From the IMG/VR virus record IMGVR_UViG_3300031957_002393, positions 20,373 to 84,372 of that record: a DNA stretch of 64,000 nucleotides. One strand, 5' to 3'. The notes under the pieces are model-generated. The model was not told the origin of the DNA. It worked only from the letters and a program-made list of their open reading frames with translations, and ran no database searches. The position numbers and the translations under genes are program-made. Below, one piece after another: positions 44,411-53,105 of this stretch. The DNA comes from a virus (lineage: Duplodnaviria; Heunggongvirae; Uroviricota; Caudoviricetes). Positions within the stretch are counted from its first letter, which is position 1; each line of letters starts with the position of its first letter.

Positions 44411-45223
44411 ATGCGCTACCTACTTCTACTCTCTTCTTTCGCTATGGGTTGCACCGTCATTGAGCCGGGTACCGTGGGAGTCGCTACGGACCTGGGTACT
44501 CTCCGAGAGGCTCCGCTCACTCCTGGCATTAACTTCTACCCGCCCATCTATCGCTCCATCAATGTCTACAGTACGCGGTATGAAGCCTTTGAGGTTGATG
44601 AGGCATCGGCAACCAAGGACAACCAGAAGGTCAACGTCAAGGTGACTATTAGCTGGGCACGTCAGGCTGACGCTGTGCCTATGCAGGAACGAGAGTATCC
44701 GAACCTTGAACAGATGGTGCTCAAGCCTCGACTCGTCGAGGCTATCAAGGCCGCAACGTCCATGTACAGCGCTGACGAGCTGACAGCTCAGCGCGAGATG
44801 GTTAAGGAGAGCATCACGCAGACCATCAGCACTGCCCTTGCGCCTGTCGGTATTGTCGTGGATGATGTCAGTGTGGGCAACTTCGACTTCTCTGAAGCCT
44901 ACGATCGCGCCATCGAAGAGAAGATCCGTGCTCGTGAGGAGTCGAAGCGGGCGGAGGAAGAGCTTCGCAAGGCTGAGGCTGAGGCAAAGAAGAAGATCGT
45001 CAAGGCTACTGCAGACAAGCAGGCGGCTATCCTTGTGGCAGAAGGTCAGGCGGAAGCGCTTCGCATTCAGGGTCAGGCCATCGAAGCCAATCCTGCAGTG
45101 GTTGAGCTTGAGCGCATCAACAAGTGGAACGGTGCGCCTGCTCGTGTTATCATGCTCGGAGAGGGTGGATCTGGTATGGCAGGAACCATGCTGCAGGTGT
45201 CTGCTGGTGCCAGCGCTGAGTAA
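44411..45223 (+). CDS. SPFH/band-7 (prohibitin/HflC-like) lipoprotein
   Basis: Lipobox LLLLSSFAMGC; SPFH core ...KDNQKVNVKVTISW...VKESITQTISTALAPVGIVVDDVSVGNFDFSEAYDRAIEEKIRAREESKRAEEE...VVELERINKWNG. Confidence 0.6.
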   Translation: MRYLLLLSSFAMGCTVIEPGTVGVATDLGTLREAPLTPGINFYPPIYRSINVYSTRYEAFEVDEASATKDNQKVNVKVTISWARQADAVPMQEREYPNLEQMVLKPRLVEAIKAATSMYSADELTAQREMVKESITQTISTALAPVGIVVDDVSVGNFDFSEAYDRAIEEKIRAREESKRAEEELRKAEAEAKKKIVKATADKQAAILVAEGQAEALRIQGQAIEANPAVVELERINKWNGAPARVIMLGEGGSGMAGTMLQVSAGASAE

Positions 45224-45254
45224 CGGGCATTCAACTACAAAGGAGCTACAACCA

Positions 45255-45821
45255 ATGTCTTTTTTGAAGAAACCAGAGGGTGAACGCCCTCGAATCAAAA
45301 GTGTTCTCCACTTCACCGATCTACAAGCTGAACCTCAACCCCCCAAGCTACCTTCTCGTGGTCGTCTACGTGGCGCTGTGACGGACATGGATGATCTTAG
45401 CAGGCAACTTGATAGCTGGGTAGGTTTAGGTCACATTGACAATGAGCGTATGTGCTCCTTCATCGACGCTCTTTCCAGCCTGTGCGGCTACTACGATGAT
45501 GTAGTGGAGAACATGCACCTGACATACGAACATGAACCCGCAGAGCTTGTAGTCTACAACATCGAAGATGAATCAGTTACGGTAGAGCAACAACGTAAAC
45601 TGGAGCAGTACAACAAGGATCGTAAAGCGTGGGATGCTGCTGTCGTTAAAGCCCGTGAACACAATGAATCCATTGCTGATCGGCTTGAGTTGTGGTATCA
45701 GTGGGATGAGCAGGGTAAGATGCTTCGTAATGGCCTGAGTGTTGCACGACACATGGGCTTCGATAACGAGGTTACGGCTAAGATTCAGTCCCGTCTAATC
45801 GAATACGGCCACGAGGAGTAG
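45255..45821 (+). CDS. hypothetical protein (188 aa)
   Basis: ATG 45255 with SD AAGGAG 9 nt upstream. Confidence 0.4.
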   Translation: MSFLKKPEGERPRIKSVLHFTDLQAEPQPPKLPSRGRLRGAVTDMDDLSRQLDSWVGLGHIDNERMCSFIDALSSLCGYYDDVVENMHLTYEHEPAELVVYNIEDESVTVEQQRKLEQYNKDRKAWDAAVVKAREHNESIADRLELWYQWDEQGKMLRNGLSVARHMGFDNEVTAKIQSRLIEYGHEE

Positions 45822-45824
45822 TCA

Positions 45825-46091
45825 ATGCCACGAGTAACCATGAAACCGTGTGCAGAGTGCTTCACATATGGCACCGTTGACTGCCCCATCTGTGACGGTC
45901 AAGGTTACTATCGCTGTGAAGAGTGCCTGGGCCATGGCTTTTACTCTAGCTCCTACGGTACCACGTCTTGTCATGCCTGCGAAGGTGAGGGAATGGTTGA
46001 CTGTGCAAGTTGTCATGCTGCCGGCGAGACAAAGTGTCGCTCCTGCAACGGTGTTGGAGCTGTAGAAGTTGACGATGAAGAGGAAGAGTGA
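45825..46091 (+). CDS. DnaJ-type zinc-finger protein (CxxCxGxG repeats)
   Basis: CPICDGQG, CEECLGHG, CHACEGEG, CRSCNGVG (+CASCHAAG) = DnaJ central Cys-rich domain pattern; acidic tail. Confidence 0.55.
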   Translation: MPRVTMKPCAECFTYGTVDCPICDGQGYYRCEECLGHGFYSSSYGTTSCHACEGEGMVDCASCHAAGETKCRSCNGVGAVEVDDEEEE

Positions 46092-46357
46092 TGCCCAACC
46101 GTCCACTCTACTTCGATCCCTATGTTTTGGCACTGGCCGCGAAGCGGCCCCACGGCCCCTTTCGCCTTGGCAGTGACCTTGGGGCAGACCCTGTACTAAG
46201 AGACATGCGTAAAGCAATGGTTATCAAGTATCGGCCACCGGGCGATACGTGGTGGCTGCGGGTAATGATGTTGATCTACGGTGACGCATTGAGGTCAATG
46301 GATGATCTACATGAAGTCAACGAGATCGATAGTCCTTACCTGCAATGGGCATTGTGA
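46088..46357 (+). CDS. hypothetical protein (89 aa)
   Basis: ATGA overlap. Confidence 0.35.
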   Translation: MMPNRPLYFDPYVLALAAKRPHGPFRLGSDLGADPVLRDMRKAMVIKYRPPGDTWWLRVMMLIYGDALRSMDDLHEVNEIDSPYLQWAL

Positions 46358-46719
46358 TGAGTAACGTGGCACCCTACGGCATCTTCATTGACAACGGCTG
46401 TACCATCACAGGTGACACAGTTGATGAGGTGCTTGGCGCGTGGTTTGAGTGCTTTGCTCTTGACATGTCAACCCCTCAGCGAGTGGAGCTGGAGCTGTTG
46501 ACGAGGCCGCGCTTCTGCCGTGGAGGGTGTGACGACGTATCATCTCACACCTGCAACAACCATGGTCTGCACGACGTAGATTATGGTTCATGCGGAAAAC
46601 CTGTCCTTTTACCCTTGCTTCTCTCCTATACATCGGTTACTGCAATTGAGCTGATTGTCGACGGTGACAGTTGGCGTCTACTCGAACCCCATGAAGAATG
46701 GATCAACAATGACTCGTGA
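46345..46719 (+). CDS. hypothetical Cys-containing protein (124 aa)
   Basis: Overlapping start. Confidence 0.35.
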   Translation: MGIVMSNVAPYGIFIDNGCTITGDTVDEVLGAWFECFALDMSTPQRVELELLTRPRFCRGGCDDVSSHTCNNHGLHDVDYGSCGKPVLLPLLLSYTSVTAIELIVDGDSWRLLEPHEEWINNDS

Positions 46720-47320
46720 CGAAGCAATCAAGCAGCTACAGAAGTGGGCTGCGCAGACCTCTTACACCTTCGATGATCTAGTTAACCTGCAGGTGTTCGA
46801 GATTGAAGTCAGTGGTCACATTGACATCGCTGAGACTGCGGTATTGATCGAAGACTACTGGACCTATGCCTGCAAAGATCCTTATGGCACTGAAATTCCA
46901 TTCAATGCGCTACATGCTGTATCCCTATCTCCGTTTGAGATCCGGCGCATCAACCGTAGCAACCAGCGCCTTGCTCGTTCGTGGGGAGGCAAGCGTAACT
47001 GTCGTGTAGGAGGAGCAGAGGCGACAGTGAAGAACCTTGTCGGCCGAGAGGTTGCGGCGAAGCTCATGGATGTACGGGCCCGCATCCTGCAGGAGTGGGA
47101 GCGTCGAGGCTTGAAGGAGTACAAGCCGTGGGTGATCATCGTTGATGGTCAGGCGCGACGCTACAAGGGAGCGAAGCCGTTCCTACAGGCCGCTCGTGAC
47201 TTGCAATCCCCTCTCGTCGAGTATCGCTACGCTGATGGCAAGGGGGACCTCGGCGCTGATACTCCTGGTTCGCTACTGGAAAAGGTCTGTCTTCGTGGTC
47301 TATTCCGTGGGCGTGTGTAA
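46709..47320 (+). CDS. hypothetical protein (203 aa; start 46691/46709 uncertain)
   Basis: ORF overlapping previous stop. Confidence 0.35.
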   Translation: MTRDEAIKQLQKWAAQTSYTFDDLVNLQVFEIEVSGHIDIAETAVLIEDYWTYACKDPYGTEIPFNALHAVSLSPFEIRRINRSNQRLARSWGGKRNCRVGGAEATVKNLVGREVAAKLMDVRARILQEWERRGLKEYKPWVIIVDGQARRYKGAKPFLQAARDLQSPLVEYRYADGKGDLGADTPGSLLEKVCLRGLFRGRV

Positions 47321-47495
47321 TGCAGGTGGCCTGGGGCGATTTTGCCCTTGGTGTCTGCTTTATGCTTTGGGTAATGATGTTTATCGTTGACTGCGGCAAG
47401 CATAACGATGGACAAGAAGAAGTCGTAGACGCGTGTGAGACTGAACTACAACAACAAATCGAGCTGCTGAAAGCATGCGGCTGCGGAGAATCGTG

Positions 47496-48110
47496 ATGTC
47501 CGACATTCAAAACCTTACCATCTCTTCCGAGGTTGATCTCTCTACGATCGCTACGGCCATGGAGCACCGCATTGAGCAACAGCTTGAAGCGGAGTACACC
47601 CGGATTAAGGAAGTGGCAGGTCAACACACGCGTGAATTCGAGAATGCAGAGGAAGCTCTGTGTGACACACTGCAAGAGCATATGCCTGACTACACGCGCG
47701 CACTTATTGCAATGGGTTATGATGTTGTAGTTGTTCCCACTCGACCCTGTGAACGTCACCCGCGCTATAGCTTCTACATTGAAGTCACGGCTAACCATTA
47801 CCTTCAAGAAAGTGATCGACGGACACAGGGCTTTGTTCGTACCAACGGGGGCATCTCTACTTGGTGGGATGTCAGTAGTGATCATCTTGAGGAATGGGGT
47901 CTATTGAGCGAATTTGTGTCGCTTAGGCGCCTGTTTGATCGCCATAAGCAGTCGGAGTCTGCGTTGACCAAGGCGTACGAGCGTTACAAGAACAAGCGTG
48001 AGATCGCACGCAAGGCAAAGAATGAGTTCCTTGCGAACCTTGTGGAACTTCATATGCCGAACGTGGCTCAGATCATGGGCACGTCGAAGGCTAAGGCCCT
48101 GGAGGGATAA
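47496..48110 (+). CDS. hypothetical protein (204 aa)
   Basis: ATG 47496 with SD GGAGAA 6 nt upstream. Confidence 0.4.
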   Translation: MSDIQNLTISSEVDLSTIATAMEHRIEQQLEAEYTRIKEVAGQHTREFENAEEALCDTLQEHMPDYTRALIAMGYDVVVVPTRPCERHPRYSFYIEVTANHYLQESDRRTQGFVRTNGGISTWWDVSSDHLEEWGLLSEFVSLRRLFDRHKQSESALTKAYERYKNKREIARKAKNEFLANLVELHMPNVAQIMGTSKAKALEG

Positions 48111-49042
48111 TGTTCGATCCAACCCTGTATGGTTACAACTCTGAACATTTCAATGTCACTGTGCGAGCGGATAGTATCGGACCCAATGGCGTTCGTCTGA
48201 CTACCCTGGAGTGTACATACCCAGACATCATCCACACTCATGTGCTAACGCACCGTGTCTTCTCCCGTAACACCTCCAGCAGTCGAGCAATCCCTACCCG
48301 AAAGCTACTCGGTCGACTCAAGAACCATGTGTTGCCGCTGGTATGGCGCCGTAATCAACGAGGTATGAGCGGAGGAGAAGCGTTTGACCACATGCAAGCA
48401 GGTCGACTAGACTTTATTGTAGATCAATTGGTTGAGGTAACTCGCTTGTCGGTGGGTGAATTGCGCGAACACAAGGTAGCGAAGGAGACAATCAACCGCT
48501 ACATTGAGCACTTCCTCACCCGCACGGTCGTCATCACTTCTACTGAGTGGCAGAACTTCATCAACCTGCGTACAGCGTCGAATGCGCAACCAGAGGTGCA
48601 ACTCTTGGCGACCTTGGTTCGTCAAACCCTTGACACGTCAACCCCTACTACACTGCACCCTCTCCAATGGCACATGCCCTTCATCGACGCTGAGGCAGCG
48701 CAACTGCCCGAGGCTGATCGGCTAAAGGTCTCTGTGGGCCGCTGCGCTCGGGTGAGTTACCTTACCCACGATGGAGAGAGGGATCCGATGAAGGACATTG
48801 CCTTGGCTGATCGACTCCTGGCTGACGGTCACATGTCGCCATTCGAGCATGTAGCTCAGTGTCTACCCCCGGATACATTCGGCATGAGGCTCGATGGTTT
48901 CACTGTTGACGCTTTGCTTGCGTGGAAGGTAGGGTTCACGGAAGCTGAGCTACTCACGTCTAAGCTCTGGTCCGGTAACCTACGTGGTTGGCGCCAGTAC
49001 AGGAAGACTATCCATGGTGAAAGTACCTTCACTCCCTCATGA
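48110..49042 (+). CDS. thyX: flavin-dependent thymidylate synthase ThyX-like
   Basis: LTHRVFSRNTSSSRA fits ThyX signature RHR-x7-S-x-R (HRVFSRNTSSSR vs HRMFSFNQQSQR); FINLRTASNAQPEVQ downstream motif. Confidence 0.55.
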   Translation: MFDPTLYGYNSEHFNVTVRADSIGPNGVRLTTLECTYPDIIHTHVLTHRVFSRNTSSSRAIPTRKLLGRLKNHVLPLVWRRNQRGMSGGEAFDHMQAGRLDFIVDQLVEVTRLSVGELREHKVAKETINRYIEHFLTRTVVITSTEWQNFINLRTASNAQPEVQLLATLVRQTLDTSTPTTLHPLQWHMPFIDAEAAQLPEADRLKVSVGRCARVSYLTHDGERDPMKDIALADRLLADGHMSPFEHVAQCLPPDTFGMRLDGFTVDALLAWKVGFTEAELLTSKLWSGNLRGWRQYRKTIHGESTFTPS

Positions 49043-49373
49043 TCAGTTCAAAGCCTTCATGGAGTTGTTGATGGCACAGAAGCGCACAGCGAACTACCTT
49101 ATCGGCCGATTAAAGCTTCAGCAAGAAAACACTGATCGCATGAAAGCCATGTTGCAGTGGCTCGATAATCAAGGCATTGCGACGATTTCAACCAACGTAA
49201 ATACCACTCGTTGTTATGTGACTATCTATGAGCGTGACTTCCAAAAGCTCGTGCGGAAGTTTCAACTAAAGGTCACTGAGGAACACACCAACAACGGCTA
49301 CACCTACGCTAACGCTAAGTTCAATGGGTGTTATCTACGTTGCCTGCTACCCGGCCGGAGGACAAACTGGTGA
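49014..49373 (+). CDS. hypothetical protein (119 aa)
   Basis: ATG 49014 with SD AGGAAG 7 nt upstream. Confidence 0.4.
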   Translation: MVKVPSLPHDQFKAFMELLMAQKRTANYLIGRLKLQQENTDRMKAMLQWLDNQGIATISTNVNTTRCYVTIYERDFQKLVRKFQLKVTEEHTNNGYTYANAKFNGCYLRCLLPGRRTNW

Positions 49374-49828
49374 ACACGTATAACGACATGACCGTTCCTT
49401 ACATGCTACTACAGCCAGGGATGCCTGACCCCCAAGGTTACACTGTTGCGTGCAGTCACCCTGATGACGGCGATGCGGTCATTGGCCTGTGTATAGGTGT
49501 GACTCGATCACTTGAGGGCAAGGTGACTCGTCTCCGTATTAATGGCTTTGACGAGGAGAGTCAGGGCCCGTTCACCGAGATCGTGTTCAACCCCTGTTTC
49601 GTCAGGGTTATCAACCAAAGTTACAGGTATGAAGCTGATGAGGTGTTTGCGCATCATCGTAAAGACACGATGTACGAGGTGATCACTATGGTCAACATGC
49701 GTCACCCGAGTGACCGCTTTCCGCGTGGTGTCGTGTTCGATGAAGTCGATCGCGACTACGATTCTCCGTACCACAAGTCGCTGGATCGTTTCCGAGCTAC
49801 AATGCTGCTGCCAAAGGATGTACAATGA
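49370..49828 (+). CDS. hypothetical protein (152 aa)
   Basis: GTG 49370 after SD GGAGGA; GTGA overlap. Confidence 0.35.
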   Translation: MNTYNDMTVPYMLLQPGMPDPQGYTVACSHPDDGDAVIGLCIGVTRSLEGKVTRLRINGFDEESQGPFTEIVFNPCFVRVINQSYRYEADEVFAHHRKDTMYEVITMVNMRHPSDRFPRGVVFDEVDRDYDSPYHKSLDRFRATMLLPKDVQ

Positions 49829-50412
49829 CTGACCACGAGTCGACTGAGGTTGAATCTCATACTTCAAGCGTAGAATCCCACAAGTTCGGTTCACACAAGT
49901 GGCATGACTGCGCGGTGCATGGGCATATGCAGAACGCCGAGCAGTGTTCTATTTGTCGGGGAGGTTTAAGTTACTGCGTTGTTTGCGGTCACGCTGAGGG
50001 GGCAATCGCAGACTACAATGTGTGTCCGGGTGAAGTTGACCTTACATCCTCTGACTGTATGGATAAGCTGAGGTCTTTTCACTACAGCGTGGCGCCTCTA
50101 TTTCGTGCTGCAAACGTATATGACTTCTGGGATCAGTGGGAGATTGATCGGCTTGAAGCGCAAGGATTCACTCCCGTGCGCCACGACCTCCCTCAACTGT
50201 TTTGGTTCTGGGACTACGGTGCTTGGCAGTACCTTGTTCGTATCGTTAGTGTGACGCCCCACATTCTCACGCTGCAGTTTGTGGACCCTCCGAGTGATAA
50301 GTTATTCACGCTTGAGGATTGGCAGGACAACGCAAAACACTACGCTCCGTTGGGTATGTACGATCCATATGGCGCGATTGGCTGTTATACTGTGACAGAA
50401 GATGTTGATTGA
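49825..50412 (+). CDS. hypothetical Cys/His-rich protein (195 aa)
   Basis: ATGA overlap; HDCAVHGHMQNAEQCSICRGGLSYCVVCGH. Confidence 0.4.
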   Translation: MTDHESTEVESHTSSVESHKFGSHKWHDCAVHGHMQNAEQCSICRGGLSYCVVCGHAEGAIADYNVCPGEVDLTSSDCMDKLRSFHYSVAPLFRAANVYDFWDQWEIDRLEAQGFTPVRHDLPQLFWFWDYGAWQYLVRIVSVTPHILTLQFVDPPSDKLFTLEDWQDNAKHYAPLGMYDPYGAIGCYTVTEDVD

Positions 50413-50558
50413 TCTCGTCATCATTCTCGTCGCTCAGCCGTTCATCACCGTAGCCCTTTTCTTGACGATCATCATGATCCTTTTTGCTGCAGGCACTGGC
50501 ATCACTTCGCTGTTCGAGTTACTTGGGTGGCGTAAACCAACTAACTACGAGGAGTACG

Positions 50559-50903
50559 ATGTTTGAACTTACTTTGATCATCTTCATGTGCGTGTTTATC
50601 GGCTGTGCTCTTGTATACAGGTGGCTGTGGCAAAAGGCTGAGCGATCTGCTGACGTTTTACGTAATCGCGTGAGTGATTATGTTTGGCGCTATGATGATC
50701 TCATGCGAGAGATGGTCGCTTTGGAGCGTGTGGAGCATGCACTACGTTCTGCATGGGAAGATGCCTATAAGGAAGCTGGGCGCTTGGAGCGTAGTGAGAT
50801 CGATATGGACGATTACATGATCCTGATGACCGAGCTGGATTGTCAAGTCTACGCGGTGACTCGCAAGTATGAGAACCGTGAAGACGAAGAAGGAGAAGAG
50901 TGA
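50559..50903 (+). CDS. membrane-anchored protein (114 aa)
   Basis: ATG 50559 after GAGGAG; N-terminal TM LTLIIFMCVFIGCALVY. Confidence 0.4.
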   Translation: MFELTLIIFMCVFIGCALVYRWLWQKAERSADVLRNRVSDYVWRYDDLMREMVALERVEHALRSAWEDAYKEAGRLERSEIDMDDYMILMTELDCQVYAVTRKYENREDEEGEE

Positions 50904-51145
50904 TGCGTTTTGAACGCGTCTATTGCGCTAACTGGCGTGTCAAGTGGCAGGCAGAGACCGACGACGGGCTTACGCTACTTGTTGTACGCGATCGCAGACC
51001 CCTTCGCTGGTGGTGGCGCCTTCGTCGAGGTAAGCGTAATCTCGCAAAAGGTAACGCTCGGGATACACGAGATGGCATCAAGCGTGTTATGAAGGCAATG
51101 CGTCAGTACAGTAAAAAACATGAGCCCATTGAAGGAGAAGAGTGA
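50900..51145 (+). CDS. hypothetical basic protein (81 aa)
   Basis: ATGA overlap. Confidence 0.35.
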   Translation: MMRFERVYCANWRVKWQAETDDGLTLLVVRDRRPLRWWWRLRRGKRNLAKGNARDTRDGIKRVMKAMRQYSKKHEPIEGEE

Positions 51146-51543
51146 TGGAAGACAGTAAGGTGTTTGATCTCGTCGGGGATCTCAAAGAGAAGTTGACACT
51201 GATTCATAACGCTAACAGTCAGCAGGGAGCGCCTGTTACCAGAGAGGATCTACAGTCAGCGATCGAACAGCTCGGGGACAGATGGATGCGGCCCTGGCTA
51301 TTGACACGTCAAGGGAAACTTGACCTCTCGTCGCCTGACGCAGAAGCGATGATCATTGAGACCTTGGGTGATCATCGTATTACGATCGATCGTGCAGAGA
51401 ACGGATACGTGGCTACTTTCATCTCATCGGGCACGGATGTTGTTGCACCTTTCGTTGCAGGAGGTTATTACCCCAACAAGGCACTTGCGGTCGCAGGCGT
51501 CTACATCAAAGCGTGGAAGCTCAACTTCCCCGGAGAAGAATAG
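51142..51543 (+). CDS. hypothetical protein (133 aa)
   Basis: ATGA overlap; internal TTGACACGTCAA copy. Confidence 0.35.
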   Translation: MMEDSKVFDLVGDLKEKLTLIHNANSQQGAPVTREDLQSAIEQLGDRWMRPWLLTRQGKLDLSSPDAEAMIIETLGDHRITIDRAENGYVATFISSGTDVVAPFVAGGYYPNKALAVAGVYIKAWKLNFPGEE

Positions 51544-51743
51544 TGGCAAAGCTCAAGGCTCGTTTCATCGTAGAGGGTTACCGTCACCACAGGTGGAACC
51601 AAGAAGGTCGGCGTAAGTTCAAGACGATCAACGATGCCTTCAACTACATGGGCAATGGTTGGTTCCGTGTTCTCGAAACTTCCGAGTGGCGAATCCGCAA
51701 CACCAAGACGGGTGAAGTGATCTACATTGACAAGGTAGCGTAG
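51543..51743 (+). CDS. hypothetical protein (66 aa)
   Basis: GTG start overlapping stop, SD GGAGAAG. Confidence 0.3.
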   Translation: MAKLKARFIVEGYRHHRWNQEGRRKFKTINDAFNYMGNGWFRVLETSEWRIRNTKTGEVIYIDKVA

Positions 51744-51745
51744 CC

Positions 51746-52165
51746 TTGTTACCTAATAAGAAACGCACCCAAAGGAGACGACAGTTGTACAACCTTCAAA
51801 CACTCAACCGACGCGCACTGCTCGAAAGCTACCTTATGTTGGTAGCTGAGCGTGGAGCCTTGTTTCCTCGTAAAATCGAGATCGAGCACGCTGATCTCGT
51901 AGACTCTCTGCATGAACAGCTCTGCGTCAATTTCTTCGACAACCCTACAATGCGCACGGTCATGACTCCTCTTGTTGCCCTGATTGATGCGGCCCCTGAT
52001 CAGCAGAAAGCAACTATTGCCGTAAATGCTGCCGCCATTATTTACGGCGAAATGGGGCTGTTGGATTCTACGGCTGACAGCGTGAAAGACTACTGCGCTA
52101 AGTTGGCCGAGGCGCTACAAAAGGAGTCGGATGATGCTACGAACGTTCAACCAGACGACGCTTGA
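51746..52165 (+). CDS. hypothetical protein (139 aa)
   Basis: ORF 3 nt after previous stop. Confidence 0.35.
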   Translation: MLPNKKRTQRRRQLYNLQTLNRRALLESYLMLVAERGALFPRKIEIEHADLVDSLHEQLCVNFFDNPTMRTVMTPLVALIDAAPDQQKATIAVNAAAIIYGEMGLLDSTADSVKDYCAKLAEALQKESDDATNVQPDDA

Positions 52166-52781
52166 CATACTACACGCGGTACCGTCCAACACGTACATGC
52201 ATGCCAAAGCTATTGCGGTCAAAGCGGGTTACGCCCGAACGGCAGTTAGCAACCACCTTCGGCTGCTTGAAGCCCTTCGCTGGGTGAATGTGAAGTGGGC
52301 GGATACTCCCCGAGCGCGTTATAAGTACCGTCTGTCTCAGGCGGGTGCTCAGGTACGCGCTACGACCCACAACATTGAGCACACGATTCCACTTTGGGTT
52401 TTTGAAGAGATCCGTCACATCTCATCGGTGCCTGATCACGACCATTTCTACGCTCTTCGAGACCTGGGCTTGTTGGCTGTTGATGGCGATTGCATAGCTG
52501 TGACTGATGCAGGGGAGTTTGCACGTAAAAATATCCGCAGCTACGGTCACTCAACCGTCATGCCTCTGTTTCCTTGGATGTTCGATCTGATGAAGTATAT
52601 TAACGACACCGAGATCGACAACCCTAGCACGCTCATTGCAGGAGGGCGTTGGCCAAACGTTCCAAGAGGCGTAGAAGCGTTGAAGTCGTGGGGGCTTGTG
52701 GAAGAGTTCCATAAGCCGTGGAGCGTTCACATCACTTCGGCTGGAGTGAAGTTGCTCATGTCACTAAAGGAGCGTGTGTGA
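52131..52781 (+). CDS. winged-HTH (ArsR/MarR-like) transcriptional regulator
   Basis: HAKAIAVKAGYARTAVSNHLRLLEALRWVNV...YKYRLSQAG = HTH + wing. Confidence 0.4.
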   Translation: MMLRTFNQTTLDILHAVPSNTYMHAKAIAVKAGYARTAVSNHLRLLEALRWVNVKWADTPRARYKYRLSQAGAQVRATTHNIEHTIPLWVFEEIRHISSVPDHDHFYALRDLGLLAVDGDCIAVTDAGEFARKNIRSYGHSTVMPLFPWMFDLMKYINDTEIDNPSTLIAGGRWPNVPRGVEALKSWGLVEEFHKPWSVHITSAGVKLLMSLKERV

Positions 52782-52918
52782 TGCATGATCCTACCGGTTT
52801 CGAGTCCGTGCCGTCGCATTACGCCGATGACGCGGGACGTGAAGTTATTGATGTTATCCGCGAACACTTGACTAAGGAAGAGTTCATTGGTTCCTGTGTA
52901 GGTAACAGGATGAAGTAG
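52781..52918 (+). CDS. small hypothetical protein (45 aa)
   Basis: ATG after SD AAGGAG 8 nt. Confidence 0.3.
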   Translation: MHDPTGFESVPSHYADDAGREVIDVIREHLTKEEFIGSCVGNRMK

Positions 52919-53105
52919 CAACTACGTGCAGGTAAGAAACCGGGCACAGATGACGCAAAGAAGGCAGCGTGGTATCGACAGATGGCGAAACATGTGAGTG
53001 ATCCCGACAAGTACGATGATCCACGCGTAAACAGGAAGTAGGCACTGAAAACCGCCTGCTCCTCTGCCTTTTCGCTGTTACAGTGGGGGCTGAGGAGGTG
53101 TGCGC

